Source: a virus. From it: a stretch of DNA of 64,000 bases. The notes beneath the pieces were generated by a model. The model was not told where the DNA came from. It searched no databases and saw only the letters and a list, made by a program, of their open reading frames with translations. The position numbers were made by a program, and so were the translations under genes. The DNA lies in the IMG/VR virus record IMGVR_UViG_3300017971_000278, positions 8,248 through 72,247 of that record; one strand, written 5' to 3'. Positions 10,565 through 22,400 of the stretch are shown here, one piece after another (within the stretch, counting starts at the first letter, position 1; each line of letters starts with the position of its first letter).

Positions 10565-11823
10565 TACTGATTACCTCTTGTAAGAAATTGAATACCTCTA
10601 TGCCTACCACTAGTTTCTAAAATAACTCTTTCGTTGTATAAAGGTTCTACTTCATCACCTGTAAGTATATTCCTAACTGTTCCTTCTGATACAGGATCAG
10701 TCCTATATCCATATATTTCTTCAAACTTATTAACCGTGCTTGCTCCAATACTAAAAGCATAAGGTGTAGAGTTCAACATTTTATCTATAAGATCAGAGAA
10801 TATAACAGTTTCGCCAATGTCAGTTTGATTCAAGTAACTCTCAACTGCATTCCTCATGTCTTTATATCCTTGTGCTATTTGTGTAGAAGTAGCTTTTGGA
10901 TTCCAAGAAACCGAAGCTATTAATTCTATTCCTATTGGCAGCGGCGCTAAAACAAAAGGACGTATACCATAGCCACTAACCAGTTGAATTGCACTAGCAA
11001 CTTCTTGTAGTAACCTTGGGCTCGTTGTTGGAGTAAAACCTTTAACATAAATAGAGTATGTTCCAGGTCCCTGTTCACACATAACTTCAGTAATATCATT
11101 AACACCAGGAATACTAAGAGCAGCTAGTCTAATTGCAGCAAATACAGCAAGATTCTTTGCCGCGAAAACTTGTGATAATCTATAGCGGTAAGAAGAATCA
11201 CTTTCTCTATCTTCACCGTTGGAAATAGCGTATCTATTTGTGCATTTTAATTTAGACAAATCATTTAATGTATAATTGGTAAAAGAATGTTGGTTCAAAA
11301 CATTCCTTGGAACGTCAGATCCAAGCCCTTCAATGACTGCCCTTACCGGGGCATATACGAAAGACTGACCAGCGAGACAAACCACATCTGCAGTGGTGTT
11401 GTATTGTATTACAGGTTGGGACTCAATACCTGGAGTAATAACAGTGCCATCATAGGGGACTGTTTGAACTGTAGTTCCGGAAGGTATACGTATGTCATTG
11501 GCATTGTTTATGTCACCAAACGTACCAGTAGCAACATAAAACATAAAGTTGCCACCTTCTGATTCTGCATGTGTAGACTCATGTCTTGGCAGATTCATCA
11601 TGTCGCCAAAGAAATCTAAGAATTTACCATCAGCATATTTAATAAATGCTTGCATGAGATTGATGTCGAAGATCCTGTGTTGGCCTTCTTGCTCTTGCGC
11701 GGCAGTATCAAGTAGAAATCTTGTTTTAGATCCAGGAGCAAGTTGCGTTATATTTGTTTCAGCGCTTAATCGCTCTAAAGAATCCGATACAATTTCTCTT
11801 CGTGTTCTTTCGAAAAATACCAT
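10564..11823 (-). CDS. Baseplate J-like wedge protein (419 aa)
   Basis: ADGKFLDFFG, IPSGTTVQT and GEDRESDSSYRYRL motifs; follows the gp25-like gene. Confidence 0.85.
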   Translation of the reverse strand: MVFFERTRREIVSDSLERLSAETNITQLAPGSKTRFLLDTAAQEQEGQHRIFDINLMQAFIKYADGKFLDFFGDMMNLPRHESTHAESEGGNFMFYVATGTFGDINNANDIRIPSGTTVQTVPYDGTVITPGIESQPVIQYNTTADVVCLAGQSFVYAPVRAVIEGLGSDVPRNVLNQHSFTNYTLNDLSKLKCTNRYAISNGEDRESDSSYRYRLSQVFAAKNLAVFAAIRLAALSIPGVNDITEVMCEQGPGTYSIYVKGFTPTTSPRLLQEVASAIQLVSGYGIRPFVLAPLPIGIELIASVSWNPKATSTQIAQGYKDMRNAVESYLNQTDIGETVIFSDLIDKMLNSTPYAFSIGASTVNKFEEIYGYRTDPVSEGTVRNILTGDEVEPLYNERVILETSGRHRGIQFLTRGNQ

Positions 11824-11833
11824 TTGTCAACTC

Positions 11834-12274
11834 CTACTGTATAAAATATGCGTGATTTTCAGAATAATTATACAAAATATTAATACCAAGATATTCACTG
11901 CCAGCGTTTTGCGCAGTAGCAATTACCTTGATAGTTATTCTCAACATAAGTTTGTCATTCTCAATTGGTGCATATCTTACTTGTACATCAGCATTATGAA
12001 CAAGACCGTTTCTTGTAATAGAAGATATGATTCTAGTTTTAACAGCTTCTGCGGTAACCTTGTTGTTTGGTTCTCCAACATAATCTGACAAGCTAGCTGA
12101 TATATCAGGGTACAATCTCCAATCGCCAACTTCTGATTTAATACGACTACGTATCTCTTGATAGATAGATCTTAGTGGGTCTGCATAAGTATCCATAATA
12201 TCGCCATCATGGCCAATAACTAAGTCTCCTCGTCCAGTCCACATAAGGTCTGTTCTGTCATAGATTTGTGGCAT
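11834..12274 (-). CDS. gp25/GPW-like baseplate wedge / sheath initiator (146 aa)
   Basis: GDL...QEIRSRIKSEVGDWRLYPDISASLSDYVGEPN pattern, size and position upstream of baseplate J. Confidence 0.8.
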   Translation of the reverse strand: MPQIYDRTDLMWTGRGDLVIGHDGDIMDTYADPLRSIYQEIRSRIKSEVGDWRLYPDISASLSDYVGEPNNKVTAEAVKTRIISSITRNGLVHNADVQVRYAPIENDKLMLRITIKVIATAQNAGSEYLGINILYNYSENHAYFIQ

Positions 12275-12276
12275 AT

Positions 12277-12624
12277 TTACGCAGCTCCAGCAGCAATCGT
12301 TCCACCAATTATAGCACCCATCATAGCAACTTGCTTAACAAGATTAACTACTTGTTTAACAGGAGGATCGATCATATACATTGCACTAGGCGTTGCCATT
12401 GTTGATGGCAAGATACCCATTACAGAAGTTTGAAATGTGAATAAACCACCTATGCGAACCTGATTAGGACTCGAAACAATACTCATTGGTCCTGCTATAG
12501 AGGTACCACGTTCGTCTACCATTATTCCATTATCTTCAGCTGCTGTTAATCTGACTGATTTTTCAGATACAACAATACCCGAATCAGAGGACGGATGTGA
12601 TTTTATAGTTTTTGGATCTGCCAT
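12277..12624 (-). CDS. Putative baseplate spike, beta-rich C-terminal part (115 aa)
   Basis: Short beta-strand repeats (SGIVVSEKSVRL, NGIMVDERGTSI); lies between hub and gp25; AAGGAG SD. Confidence 0.4.
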   Translation of the reverse strand: MADPKTIKSHPSSDSGIVVSEKSVRLTAAEDNGIMVDERGTSIAGPMSIVSSPNQVRIGGLFTFQTSVMGILPSTMATPSAMYMIDPPVKQVVNLVKQVAMMGAIIGGTIAAGAA

Positions 12625-12644
12625 ATTTATTTTCTCCTTCTAAT

Positions 12645-12653
12645 ATTATACCA
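12645..12653 (-). promoter_or_regulatory. Candidate extended -10 promoter TGGTATAAT
   Basis: In a short intergenic gap upstream of an AAGGAG SD; similar motifs at 51493-51501 and 60230-60238. Confidence 0.35.
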
Positions 12654-13094
12654 TTACATCATGCCAGAGCCTGGAGGGGCATACGCAACGCCCTTCGCAA
12701 CAAGCTCATTTGCCGTAGCAACAGCTTCGTATCTACCACTTTTTAATTGTTGCAATCTTCTAGTTATCAAAGCAACACCATTACTTACACTAGTGCCGTG
12801 ATAAAACACTATAACTTCCCATGACTCTGTTTCTCCACCTGTCATGTTGGCAGGAGAACCATAAAACATAGCAAGCTGATCTTCTGTACCTATAACAGGA
12901 ATAGGACCAGTTTCACCAACAATATTACCATTGTTATCTAGTAGACTCATAGTGAAGACATATAAATCTTGGTATGATTTTTTAATAATAGCTCTTGCTG
13001 TTTTAAAACGATCTACATCTAAATGATCAGTCTTGCTGATTACTTGATTAATCTTTTTGCCAAATTGTGTATGTCCACCAATCTTACCAGGCAT
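12654..13094 (-). CDS. Putative baseplate spike, OB-fold-like N-terminal part (146 aa)
   Basis: Directly after the hub gene; beta-rich with GPIPVIG...WEVIVFY, reminiscent of gpV/gp5 OB folds. Confidence 0.4.
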   Translation of the reverse strand: MPGKIGGHTQFGKKINQVISKTDHLDVDRFKTARAIIKKSYQDLYVFTMSLLDNNGNIVGETGPIPVIGTEDQLAMFYGSPANMTGGETESWEVIVFYHGTSVSNGVALITRRLQQLKSGRYEAVATANELVAKGVAYAPPGSGMM

Positions 13095-16000
13095 TATGCT
13101 TCCTCCAGTCCACCAGTTGCGTCTGCGCCAAATAACTCATAAAAACCTTTTTGAGTATTAACAGAGGTTTCAAATATTTTCTCTGAAAGATCAAACCTAT
13201 CCCATGCATCACTAAGATCATCCCAGTATTGATTCCATTTACCCTCGTATTGTAAGATCAATGAAGTATGATTAGGACCAAGAGAATTACTTAAGAATGG
13301 TTTACCACCAAGAGTTAATGGGGTTGCTAATACAGGAGCACCATCTTGTGTCCACATTGCAAATTTAACGCCCGCACTCAAAGCAAGAAAACTAACAGTC
13401 TTAAGGGCATTGTATCCAGGGATTACAGCGCCAAGTGCAAAGTCTCCATAAGTATACGACATTGCAGATGCTGCGACATCAAATACACTGGCAGTATAAT
13501 AATCATTTGTTTCAACACAAAGGTCTGGTTTTATTACAGAAACATATCCTGTATCACGATTAAATATATGGGTAACAGCTCCTACTTCGACAGGTCCAGT
13601 CATATTAATAGATGCGTCATTAATAAAACAAACATCATAAGGTTTAATATTTTCATCACCTATAACAATTAATTCACCTTTATAGGCGTCTCTTAATGTT
13701 GTTGCGAAAATACCTTGGGCATATTTTCTTGCCATATCAGTAGTAACACAAGAAGGGTATTCTGCAACATAAGATCTAATTGAAGACTCTGGTATATTCT
13801 CATCAAGCTTAACAGCAAAAACACCTGCTCCACCCCTGTGAACTTTCTCAACATGCTCTACCACATCATCAGCATCATCATCAGTTATACTTCCTTCTTC
13901 TTCTGTGTAGTATATTTCTACTTCATTGTATGTACCATCAACAGATGTGCTAATCTCATTCTTTAAGATATGGTGATAACTGTCAAAATAGTGATAATTT
14001 CTAAACGGTACATATCTACCAAACAACTCACCAAGTGCAAATCCAGTGTCGTATCTAGAACCAGAGGTAAGAATATCGTTTACAAAAGCAGCTCCAAGAG
14101 TTGGAGAGCCACTAACAAATTTTTGTAAGTCATTAAGAAGACCTTTTTCTAATAGTCCATCGCCAGTAAAAATATTCCAAACATTATTGCGTAGTTTTGT
14201 TATTTCATTTTTTGCGCCACGAGACAAAGCAACTTCCATTTCACTTGGTGGTCTACTCCAATAGTGTTGCATTTTACTACCAAAAAACATTGTCATTCTT
14301 GGTTCGTGACCATAAGGAACTGCCATAGATATATATCCAGGATGACGAAGTTCATGTTCCTTAAATATTTCCCAAGGTGTTTGTTTTAATGGACGATACG
14401 CACAGGCGTTGTTCCAAAATGTATCCCAAGTTGAAGCATAGGTAGCAGGAGATGGAGCATATATATTGTCATCTTGTGGATAGTTTAAGAATTGGTATCT
14501 ATTAAACACACTTTCTAATCCTCTTGTAGACCATTCTGAAAGTATATTCCTTGGTGTTAATCCAGCAAGCAGACTATCTCCTCTTCCGCCTGTCCATGAG
14601 TGTCTTGCAGATGCAGGGTTTGCGCGATGATATCTATCTTGTCTACCAAAGTTTGCTATGGAATCTTGTATGATCGCGCCGGATAAAGCTTGCTGAGATG
14701 AATAGAAAACAGGACCATCCTCTAAAGGACCAAGCTGAACAGATTCTAATTCAGCACCATATCCTTGACAATGAATTTCAATAATCTTACCGTTCTCTGC
14801 GAGAGCAACTTCAACAACTTGTCCTAGAAACCTTGTTTTTAAATGGTTTGGATTGGCTGCATACCCAAGACGAATTTGTACTTTAACACCATCTTGTAGG
14901 ATCATTTTCTCAAAAGGGTGTTCTTGATCAGTGTCAGCAAAAATACCTTGTCGTTCTGCATCTTTGCCATACTTATTGACATCTTTGTCACTCTCACCAA
15001 ATCTTCTTCGTAACAACAAACCACCTATATTGGTCATTCGTATTACAGCCATAGATGCAGCTATCTCTCTATCTTCGTGTATTTTGATTTCTTGTATAGC
15101 AGAGTAACTATAAAAATCATGAAAGGCTTTTAAGTGGCCACCACCAGCAAAGTCTGACTGTGCAGTGTCATCCTCTATAAAGAAGATTCTAAAAGTAGGG
15201 AAAGCCCTACGCATAGATAAGTCATTACGTTTTTTAGCTAGTGCAGTTTTAGATGCTACTTGAGCTATACGTTTCTTTTCTTCTTTTTCTGCGTTTTCGG
15301 TAATAAAATGAGAATATTTTAACGCTCTCGTGTCTGAAAATATTGCCTCAGCAGTATTGCCTATTGCTTCTGCGTTATCAGTAATATCTGCGATAGCATT
15401 TAAGGCAGCAGTTGCTCCAGGAACAAGAAAAGCCATAGCACCCAAAGCACGTGCACCAAAGCCAAACAGATCAACTGCAGATACACCAGGAATAATATCT
15501 TTAATATCATACCTATCTTTTTCTCGTTCTTCAGCTGTAGAGCTAAAAGTAGCCCCACCATCTTTTGTAGTGGCTAAACGATTATTGCCTTTAGTAGAAT
15601 CACCAGGTACAGAAGTACCTTCTAGATCATTTCTTGCTTCTATATTATTAGCAAGTCTGTCTTTTGCAGGGTCAAGTGCTTTGCCAGCATAAGCTGCATC
15701 AACAGGTTCCAGAAGTGGATTTGGACCAAATGCAAGAAGCTTATTCGCTTCACCATACAGTGACTCTATAAGATTTGCATTGTACTTCTCGCCTACTCCT
15801 GAATCCCACTGTCTGTTTTCACGTATATATGGAGACAGTCTAGTGATAGCATCTAGGTATTTAAAGTTAGCACCTGATTTACTGTCTGCTCCATATTCTG
15901 TTGATACTTTCTTTTCCCATGAAGAGTAGCCATTGTTTACTGTATCAATGTCATCCCTACGTGTATATATTGGTTCCCAAGCTTTTCCACCATTTTGAAA

Positions 16001-19000
16001 ATAATTCCAATAATAACTAAGGTTTCTTTCGCCTTCTGATCTTTTGTGTTCTGATGCTCTCTGTTCTAATATCTTTGGTAAGTTCTTTGACAAATAAGAA
16101 CCACCAAGAAAAGATCCTTCTATGTATCTTTCTACAGATGCATAGGTATTGTTTACGTGATTCTCAAGACGCAACTCCATATTTTGACTATCTGTCATAT
16201 TGGCAATTAATGGATCTTCACTAGAGTCATCATACACATAGTATTCTGGTGGCAAAGCAACTAGCGTACCAGGAAGATTTGGCATATGCATATCTTCATA
16301 GCATGAATTGATATTAGAAGCTACGAAGCCTATTGTGTCTTCTAGTACACCAGGAAAGAATCTACGCATATTCTCTTCGTCATTCATATATGTTTTAAAC
16401 CTACGATAGATAGCATTCATTTCAGATGTCCATCTACGGAACACTTTACCGTGTGTTACATTTGTTTTTTGACCACCGTTATATCTAAAATCACCCCTGG
16501 TTTCTTTTAGTTTTTCTTCTGATATATTAATGGTATCTATTGGGTTTTCATGATGATATGGATTAGAAGCATCATAATAATCACGAGCAATATTACGTTC
16601 GTCACTATGAATGTTTTCTACTCTACCATTCATAACGTGATCAGCGCCCCACTTCTTATATACGTCTTGCCACGTGAGTTCGCCTTTTGTACTTCTCTTC
16701 CATGCTATTGGTGGCATTTCTTCGTCAAGTCTTTTACAAATATCAACTGTATCAACAAGTAGTTTACCTAACCATTCTGGAGTGCCATTGACAGTCGTAT
16801 AAGTTTTACCTGCAGAATCCGGATTGTATTGTACTAGGTTAGAATCCACACTAATATTTGAAGTTATTTTATTAGAACCAATTTTAATATGTCTCATAAG
16901 CGCTCTAATGATTTTTTGCTTCTCACTTATAGTGGTGGCAAATTTATCTTCAAACTGCTCACTAGCAAAATCTTGTGCAATAAACTCTATAATCAATTGA
17001 TGTTTGTCTACACTCTCAGGAGCACTAACGTCTGCTGCATCAACAATGATTACATTTTTTATACCAGAAAGAGCTAGTATTGTATTTTGTCCACCGCGCC
17101 GGAAGAACGTATTAACTAATTCTATTGCACCAGATCCTTTTATAATAGAAGTGAATTGATTAGAATTATTAACAGCTTTTGAGAATAACTCTTTAAGAAT
17201 ATTAGCAGAGCGTTTTCCTTCTTTGCCAGCAAAGGTTAATACTATTTGACCAGTTTTATTACCCGCTCCGAGGAATTGGTAAGTATAATATGGCTGGCTT
17301 GTGAGTTTCATAGGAGCAATCCTATGTCCAAATGTTGTAGATATACTAGAACAAACTATATTTTTTAGTGCATTGCCAAAATTCTGAACTTCAGGATCAC
17401 TGGAAATATTTAATTGTATATCCCTGTAAAATACATTTCTTACCTTTTGGTCGTCATAATAATAATGCCAACCATCGGCAGCCTGTTTATCTATCCATTT
17501 TTCTCTTGCTAATGGATCGTGTTTACTTGTGTTGTTTAACTTTGCTTGTAACGCTTTATACTCGGCTTCAGTTTTTGCTTCTTTGAGTATACGTTGTTTC
17601 TCTACCTGCTCAAAAACACTACCTTTATAGCTGGCAGTTTCTTCTTGTTGGGTGCGACGATCAGACTTTATATCATTTTCGTTGTGAATAGTATCAACGT
17701 CATCATCTATTTCTGTACTAGTACTTTGTTCAATGCCATATTTTTTTGTAAAGTAATTATGTAAGTAAGATTGATCACCTTTTATATATTGTGATTTCTT
17801 ATTTGGGTAAGAAAGATCTATCCATATAGCATCAGTTGGGCGAGTATCAATATGAACGAATTTAGAATTTGGATAAAAACCCTTTCCTGATCTTTTTAAG
17901 TTGTCTTTTGCCCAGGCAAAAAGATCTTCATTCGGCACGCCTTTGATAGTAAGATCCATAGCATCCCCAATTACATGTTTGCGCACTTTGTTTGGCTTAG
18001 GGTCTTTTGTATAAAATTTATTTGTTGCAGGGTTAATTTTTCTCATCCAACCAGGGTCTCGTATACCAGAAACAAATGTAATAGTACGACCAGGATAATG
18101 ATTAGCTATTTTTGCAAACAGCTTAATAAGTTCTTTTGATAAAAAGATAGACTTATTAGCTGTAAGCTTTCTTTTGTCTGCAAGCTTTGAAAGCTGATAA
18201 ATTGTATCTGTCGGTATTTCTCCTTTTTCGTTTAACAAAGGAACAGAAATTGTTTTGCCAGATGCTTTATTTTTGAATCTTATTTTTCTCGTAGGGTCTA
18301 CAGTGCCAGTATTTTTAGTCAAAGCTTCAATTTGTTTATCTTGCTCAGTCTGGCTATCGTGTGTTCTAAGTGTATCATCTAATGTTTTTTGGCCAATTAA
18401 CTTTCTCCAATTCTTAGGAGAATAAAGTTCATCAACATCTTTGTATTTGTAGTCAATAAGATCTTGTAATGTAGCAGGGCTTTCCGCAAATTGACTATCC
18501 GGCGGCATAATTATTTTATATTCTCTGAATTTAAAACCAAGAGAATCTTTGGCGTCGTCAGTAATAGGTGCAGACATTGACTCTAAATGATTAGCAAAAT
18601 ACATCCAAGCGTCTGACTGTATTGGTAAATTTACAGGAACATGGTGGTTTTCTGCTGCATAAGTATTTAATATTTTATCTCTAATTTCATTATTTGCCTG
18701 ATTTGATATTTTAGATAACACAAAATCAGATGACTCATACCCAGACAACTCATCTAAATCAATCTGCTCAACTATTGCAGTAGATACTTGTGATTCATCA
18801 GATGGTTGAGTGTAACCAGGTAATTTTGCATTGTAATAAAAATGCTTACTAAATGGTTTGTAATTAAAATAATGTAATTGTAAATCAAGCACAACCAATC
18901 CAACTGTTTCCATTGTGCTACGCAAACTACCTGCTTCTAAAATAAAGATAGTAGTTTCAAATTCATCAACACCTAATTTTTGTTTTATTGCATTGTTATG

Positions 19001-19486
19001 TACAAATACCAATGGATGTTTTGTTATCTCTGCCATCAAACGTCTAAGTTTAACAACTTGTGATTCGCCCGGAGGAAAAGGAATGCTTAAATTCAAAGTA
19101 ACATCTTGTCGGCCTTCTGAATCAATAATAGGAGCAGATGAACGTAGGGTTTCTCCAATAAATACATCAGTTTGTGTGGAAAGTGATATTCCAGTTATAG
19201 GTACATTGTACAAATGTATATCGTTTAATATTAAAAAACTATCAGGGAATGCATAAAAGTGTGACGACGCTTTAAATATTTCTTCTGGCTTTTTGGATTT
19301 TTCAATTATCTCTTGTTGAAGGTCTGGTCTATTAGTTCCATCTGGAAAGTTTTCGCTAGACACACCATCAGACCATGGGTCAAATAAATCTTTATTGCGC
19401 TCGTAGTCTTCAAACTCGTTATTATTATTACGTTTTATAGGATCTTGTCCTTGTGTCCAATCTCCTTGCTTCCCATAATTTTTCAT
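13094..19486 (-). CDS. Large baseplate hub / central tail protein with an internal M15 (YcbK/DUF882-like) peptidoglycan peptidase domain (2130 aa)
   Basis: VSGIR...KHVIGDAMD...GFYPNSKFVHIDTR (M15 zinc motifs, about 17820-18290); C-terminal hub-like VQIRLGY...FLGQVVEV...IHCQGYG and GELIVIGDENIKPYD. Confidence 0.75.
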   Translation of the reverse strand: MKNYGKQGDWTQGQDPIKRNNNNEFEDYERNKDLFDPWSDGVSSENFPDGTNRPDLQQEIIEKSKKPEEIFKASSHFYAFPDSFLILNDIHLYNVPITGISLSTQTDVFIGETLRSSAPIIDSEGRQDVTLNLSIPFPPGESQVVKLRRLMAEITKHPLVFVHNNAIKQKLGVDEFETTIFILEAGSLRSTMETVGLVVLDLQLHYFNYKPFSKHFYYNAKLPGYTQPSDESQVSTAIVEQIDLDELSGYESSDFVLSKISNQANNEIRDKILNTYAAENHHVPVNLPIQSDAWMYFANHLESMSAPITDDAKDSLGFKFREYKIIMPPDSQFAESPATLQDLIDYKYKDVDELYSPKNWRKLIGQKTLDDTLRTHDSQTEQDKQIEALTKNTGTVDPTRKIRFKNKASGKTISVPLLNEKGEIPTDTIYQLSKLADKRKLTANKSIFLSKELIKLFAKIANHYPGRTITFVSGIRDPGWMRKINPATNKFYTKDPKPNKVRKHVIGDAMDLTIKGVPNEDLFAWAKDNLKRSGKGFYPNSKFVHIDTRPTDAIWIDLSYPNKKSQYIKGDQSYLHNYFTKKYGIEQSTSTEIDDDVDTIHNENDIKSDRRTQQEETASYKGSVFEQVEKQRILKEAKTEAEYKALQAKLNNTSKHDPLAREKWIDKQAADGWHYYYDDQKVRNVFYRDIQLNISSDPEVQNFGNALKNIVCSSISTTFGHRIAPMKLTSQPYYTYQFLGAGNKTGQIVLTFAGKEGKRSANILKELFSKAVNNSNQFTSIIKGSGAIELVNTFFRRGGQNTILALSGIKNVIIVDAADVSAPESVDKHQLIIEFIAQDFASEQFEDKFATTISEKQKIIRALMRHIKIGSNKITSNISVDSNLVQYNPDSAGKTYTTVNGTPEWLGKLLVDTVDICKRLDEEMPPIAWKRSTKGELTWQDVYKKWGADHVMNGRVENIHSDERNIARDYYDASNPYHHENPIDTINISEEKLKETRGDFRYNGGQKTNVTHGKVFRRWTSEMNAIYRRFKTYMNDEENMRRFFPGVLEDTIGFVASNINSCYEDMHMPNLPGTLVALPPEYYVYDDSSEDPLIANMTDSQNMELRLENHVNNTYASVERYIEGSFLGGSYLSKNLPKILEQRASEHKRSEGERNLSYYWNYFQNGGKAWEPIYTRRDDIDTVNNGYSSWEKKVSTEYGADSKSGANFKYLDAITRLSPYIRENRQWDSGVGEKYNANLIESLYGEANKLLAFGPNPLLEPVDAAYAGKALDPAKDRLANNIEARNDLEGTSVPGDSTKGNNRLATTKDGGATFSSTAEEREKDRYDIKDIIPGVSAVDLFGFGARALGAMAFLVPGATAALNAIADITDNAEAIGNTAEAIFSDTRALKYSHFITENAEKEEKKRIAQVASKTALAKKRNDLSMRRAFPTFRIFFIEDDTAQSDFAGGGHLKAFHDFYSYSAIQEIKIHEDREIAASMAVIRMTNIGGLLLRRRFGESDKDVNKYGKDAERQGIFADTDQEHPFEKMILQDGVKVQIRLGYAANPNHLKTRFLGQVVEVALAENGKIIEIHCQGYGAELESVQLGPLEDGPVFYSSQQALSGAIIQDSIANFGRQDRYHRANPASARHSWTGGRGDSLLAGLTPRNILSEWSTRGLESVFNRYQFLNYPQDDNIYAPSPATYASTWDTFWNNACAYRPLKQTPWEIFKEHELRHPGYISMAVPYGHEPRMTMFFGSKMQHYWSRPPSEMEVALSRGAKNEITKLRNNVWNIFTGDGLLEKGLLNDLQKFVSGSPTLGAAFVNDILTSGSRYDTGFALGELFGRYVPFRNYHYFDSYHHILKNEISTSVDGTYNEVEIYYTEEEGSITDDDADDVVEHVEKVHRGGAGVFAVKLDENIPESSIRSYVAEYPSCVTTDMARKYAQGIFATTLRDAYKGELIVIGDENIKPYDVCFINDASINMTGPVEVGAVTHIFNRDTGYVSVIKPDLCVETNDYYTASVFDVAASAMSYTYGDFALGAVIPGYNALKTVSFLALSAGVKFAMWTQDGAPVLATPLTLGGKPFLSNSLGPNHTSLILQYEGKWNQYWDDLSDAWDRFDLSEKIFETSVNTQKGFYELFGADATGGLEEA

Positions 19487-19489
19487 TAA

Positions 19490-22400
19490 TTAAAGCCTCT
19501 CGTGAATTTTTCTCGCCAAAGAATTAGCATCTAATATAGATCTGTCATCTTTAGTTCTTATGTTCACACTGCCTCCGTTAGAGAGTTGTCGTGCGCTCCT
19601 CATTAGATCATCAGAGGAAGAATTCAGGTCATCAGTACGCATTCTTATATTAGCATGCGAGGTTCTTCTTCCGCCACCCATATCATATATTTTAGGTGAC
19701 ATATTCATACCAGGACTTGGTGGATTCATAGGATGACCGCCAACATAATCTGGATTCTCAAAATCTACATTTCTTCCACTATTTGCGCCTTCTGGATTTC
19801 TCATAACACCAGCAGTACTAGGGGCCATAAGCATAATGCCAGCGGCAACCCCAAGTCCAGCAAGTAAAGGTTTCTTTGCTCTGCCAGCTGCACTAAGTAA
19901 ACTTCTGGCTTTTACTTGCCCTCTCATAACAGCTCTTGATGCACGCATAGTGAATTTGTTAATGTTACCAGCATTAGCTTGCATCATAGTTTTTGTAACA
20001 TCTACAGATCCAGTGCGGCGAGAATGAAACATTCTAACAGCCTCTTCTAACGCAATGCCTCCACCATGTCTACCTCTAGATGCAGCATTAGCTTTCATTG
20101 CAGTATCTATTTCTTTGCTTACCGAGTCATAAGAACTAATTGCAGTCTCTGCCCATTTGCGTGGTTCATATTTTAAACTATGTTGAGTAACTCTTCCGCT
20201 AGCGTCAGTCATGGTTCCAGTAATAGTTCTTGGTTTGTCACCCATAATGGTTTTAATAACACCCTCTAGTCTGGCAGTACCTTTCTCTCCACCCTCATCA
20301 ACAGCTTGTGTAATAGATTTATAAAAGTCACCTTCTAAAACACCATGTTTGCCACCAATAGCAGCTTCTTCAAGATGCCAGAATAACTCAGCCATAGGTC
20401 TATATTGTTCAGCTTTGCTATATTGAACACCAAGTTTAAGTTTCTGTAGTGCTATATTTACTTCACCAGTTGTGGTTTTTGCGGTAGATAATTTTCTATA
20501 GCCTTCTACCATGGGGTCTAACCCAGCACCCTTGCTAACGTTACCCTCAACCATATCTTTCATGGCATAGTGATTAAACAAATACTGTGTATACCCTTCT
20601 CTAATATCTTTGTTCATAGCACGACGAGCTTGGTCAGAGGTTCTTCTATCTGAGATTAGCGATAATGTAAATTGATCCTTATCAAAGTCACCCTTCATAC
20701 CAACCATTTCAGACACGTCAACATCTAAAACTCTGCTATCTTGAAATGATATTTTTCCAAATTTAGTAGGCGCGGCCAACATACCATCGACCATATTTGC
20801 ATCTTTCTTAAAATTAACAAACTGAAATGACTCAGGCCCAGATGTAGGATGTCTCCATATGCCACCAGTAATAGATTCGCCTTTTCTAAAAGCTTCTCTT
20901 TGTTGTTGTAAGAATTGTATTTGGTCATCTGCTTGTGCGCGGCTTATTAGGTCACCAAACATATCTTCACCAGTTGCACTTGAGATTCTGAACACACCAG
21001 GATCTTTAGCAAAAGTTTTTCTTTGGCCAGTAAGATATTTTGATCCAATAATCTTGCCTCTGGCTGAAGCTTGTGACTCTGCTTGTTGTACTACAGATGT
21101 TCTAAGTCCAGCAGCAGCCTCTTCTAGTTGCTCTGTAGTTATTTTGCCCATTTCTGCATCACGCATAGCACGTCTAAAACCACCTAGTTCTTTTACTAGT
21201 GGAGTGTCTATAAGTTCTCCTTTTGCCATTTTTGCTTGCATAAGTTCTGGAGCTTCTAATGTTCCAGGTATATACATAACATCAGACCCACCAAGAGCAC
21301 CTAGTTTTCTACCAAGTTTTACGTACCTGCCTTCTGATTGTGCAATATCTCCAGACATAAAAGATTCTAATGGTCTACCTTGTCTGGCTAATTTATCAAA
21401 CAACGACTCTTGACCTAATACAGTTGCAGCCATTTTGTCAGCAGCAGCAAGTTCACCTTTGCCAGCAATTCTTGTAGTTAGTTCAGCAGCATAACGCTGT
21501 CCTATTTCACCCTTCATAGACAATGCTCTAAATCCACTAGGCTCAAATGTTCCCCATTTGCCGGACCCACCTTCTGTTGCAATGTCACCAAGCATACCTT
21601 TGGTCAGCCCAACAACACCAGGTGAACGAGCAATATGACCAGCTTCTCTCCATGACAATGTTCCAGATTTTGCAAAGTCAGACAATGTATCTCTACTCAT
21701 AAGACCAAATGTAAGTTGCATTTCGTCTCTATTGAACTGCCAATTCTTTGCTAATCCAACAAGATTTCTTTGTATTTGTGTGTGTGCTGAACTACCAGCA
21801 GACCTAACTAGTTGTTTAACATTCATAGCAGCAGTGGGGTTTTCTAAAAATGCTATTACTTCTGGTGTTGGTTGCATTGAACCAGATTGTATTTTTTGTG
21901 CAACAAACATAGAGGTAGCTTCAATTTGTTGGGTAAGTAGTGCCATTTTGTTTCTACCAACAAGCTTACCAGAGAACACAGCTTCTATTGGTTGGCCAGC
22001 TATATTAACTCTATCTCCCATTCCAGCGGCTTTAAGTACACCTCTCATTTTTGTTTCGTCGGCAGCAGAAGCCATATATTTACTTTCTTCGGAAAAATAC
22101 TTCCACATCTCTGTAGAAGAAAGTTTTCTTCTTTCCCTAAGGTAAACATTTGCTTCGTTCTTGCCAGTTAATTCTGCACCAATAGCAGTAACACCAGCGT
22201 TACTATCTAATCCAGTTAAAATATCCTTACCCGTCCCTCGTTCTATACCGACAAATCCTTCTTTAGCACCTATATTTAAAGGTACTGTTTCGCCTATCTT
22301 TTTACCTTCAAGACTACTAGCAAGATTTTGGTTAACCATAAAACCTTTATCTAAAGCTACCTTCTTTTGCATGATACGTTCATATTCCATCATACCAGTA

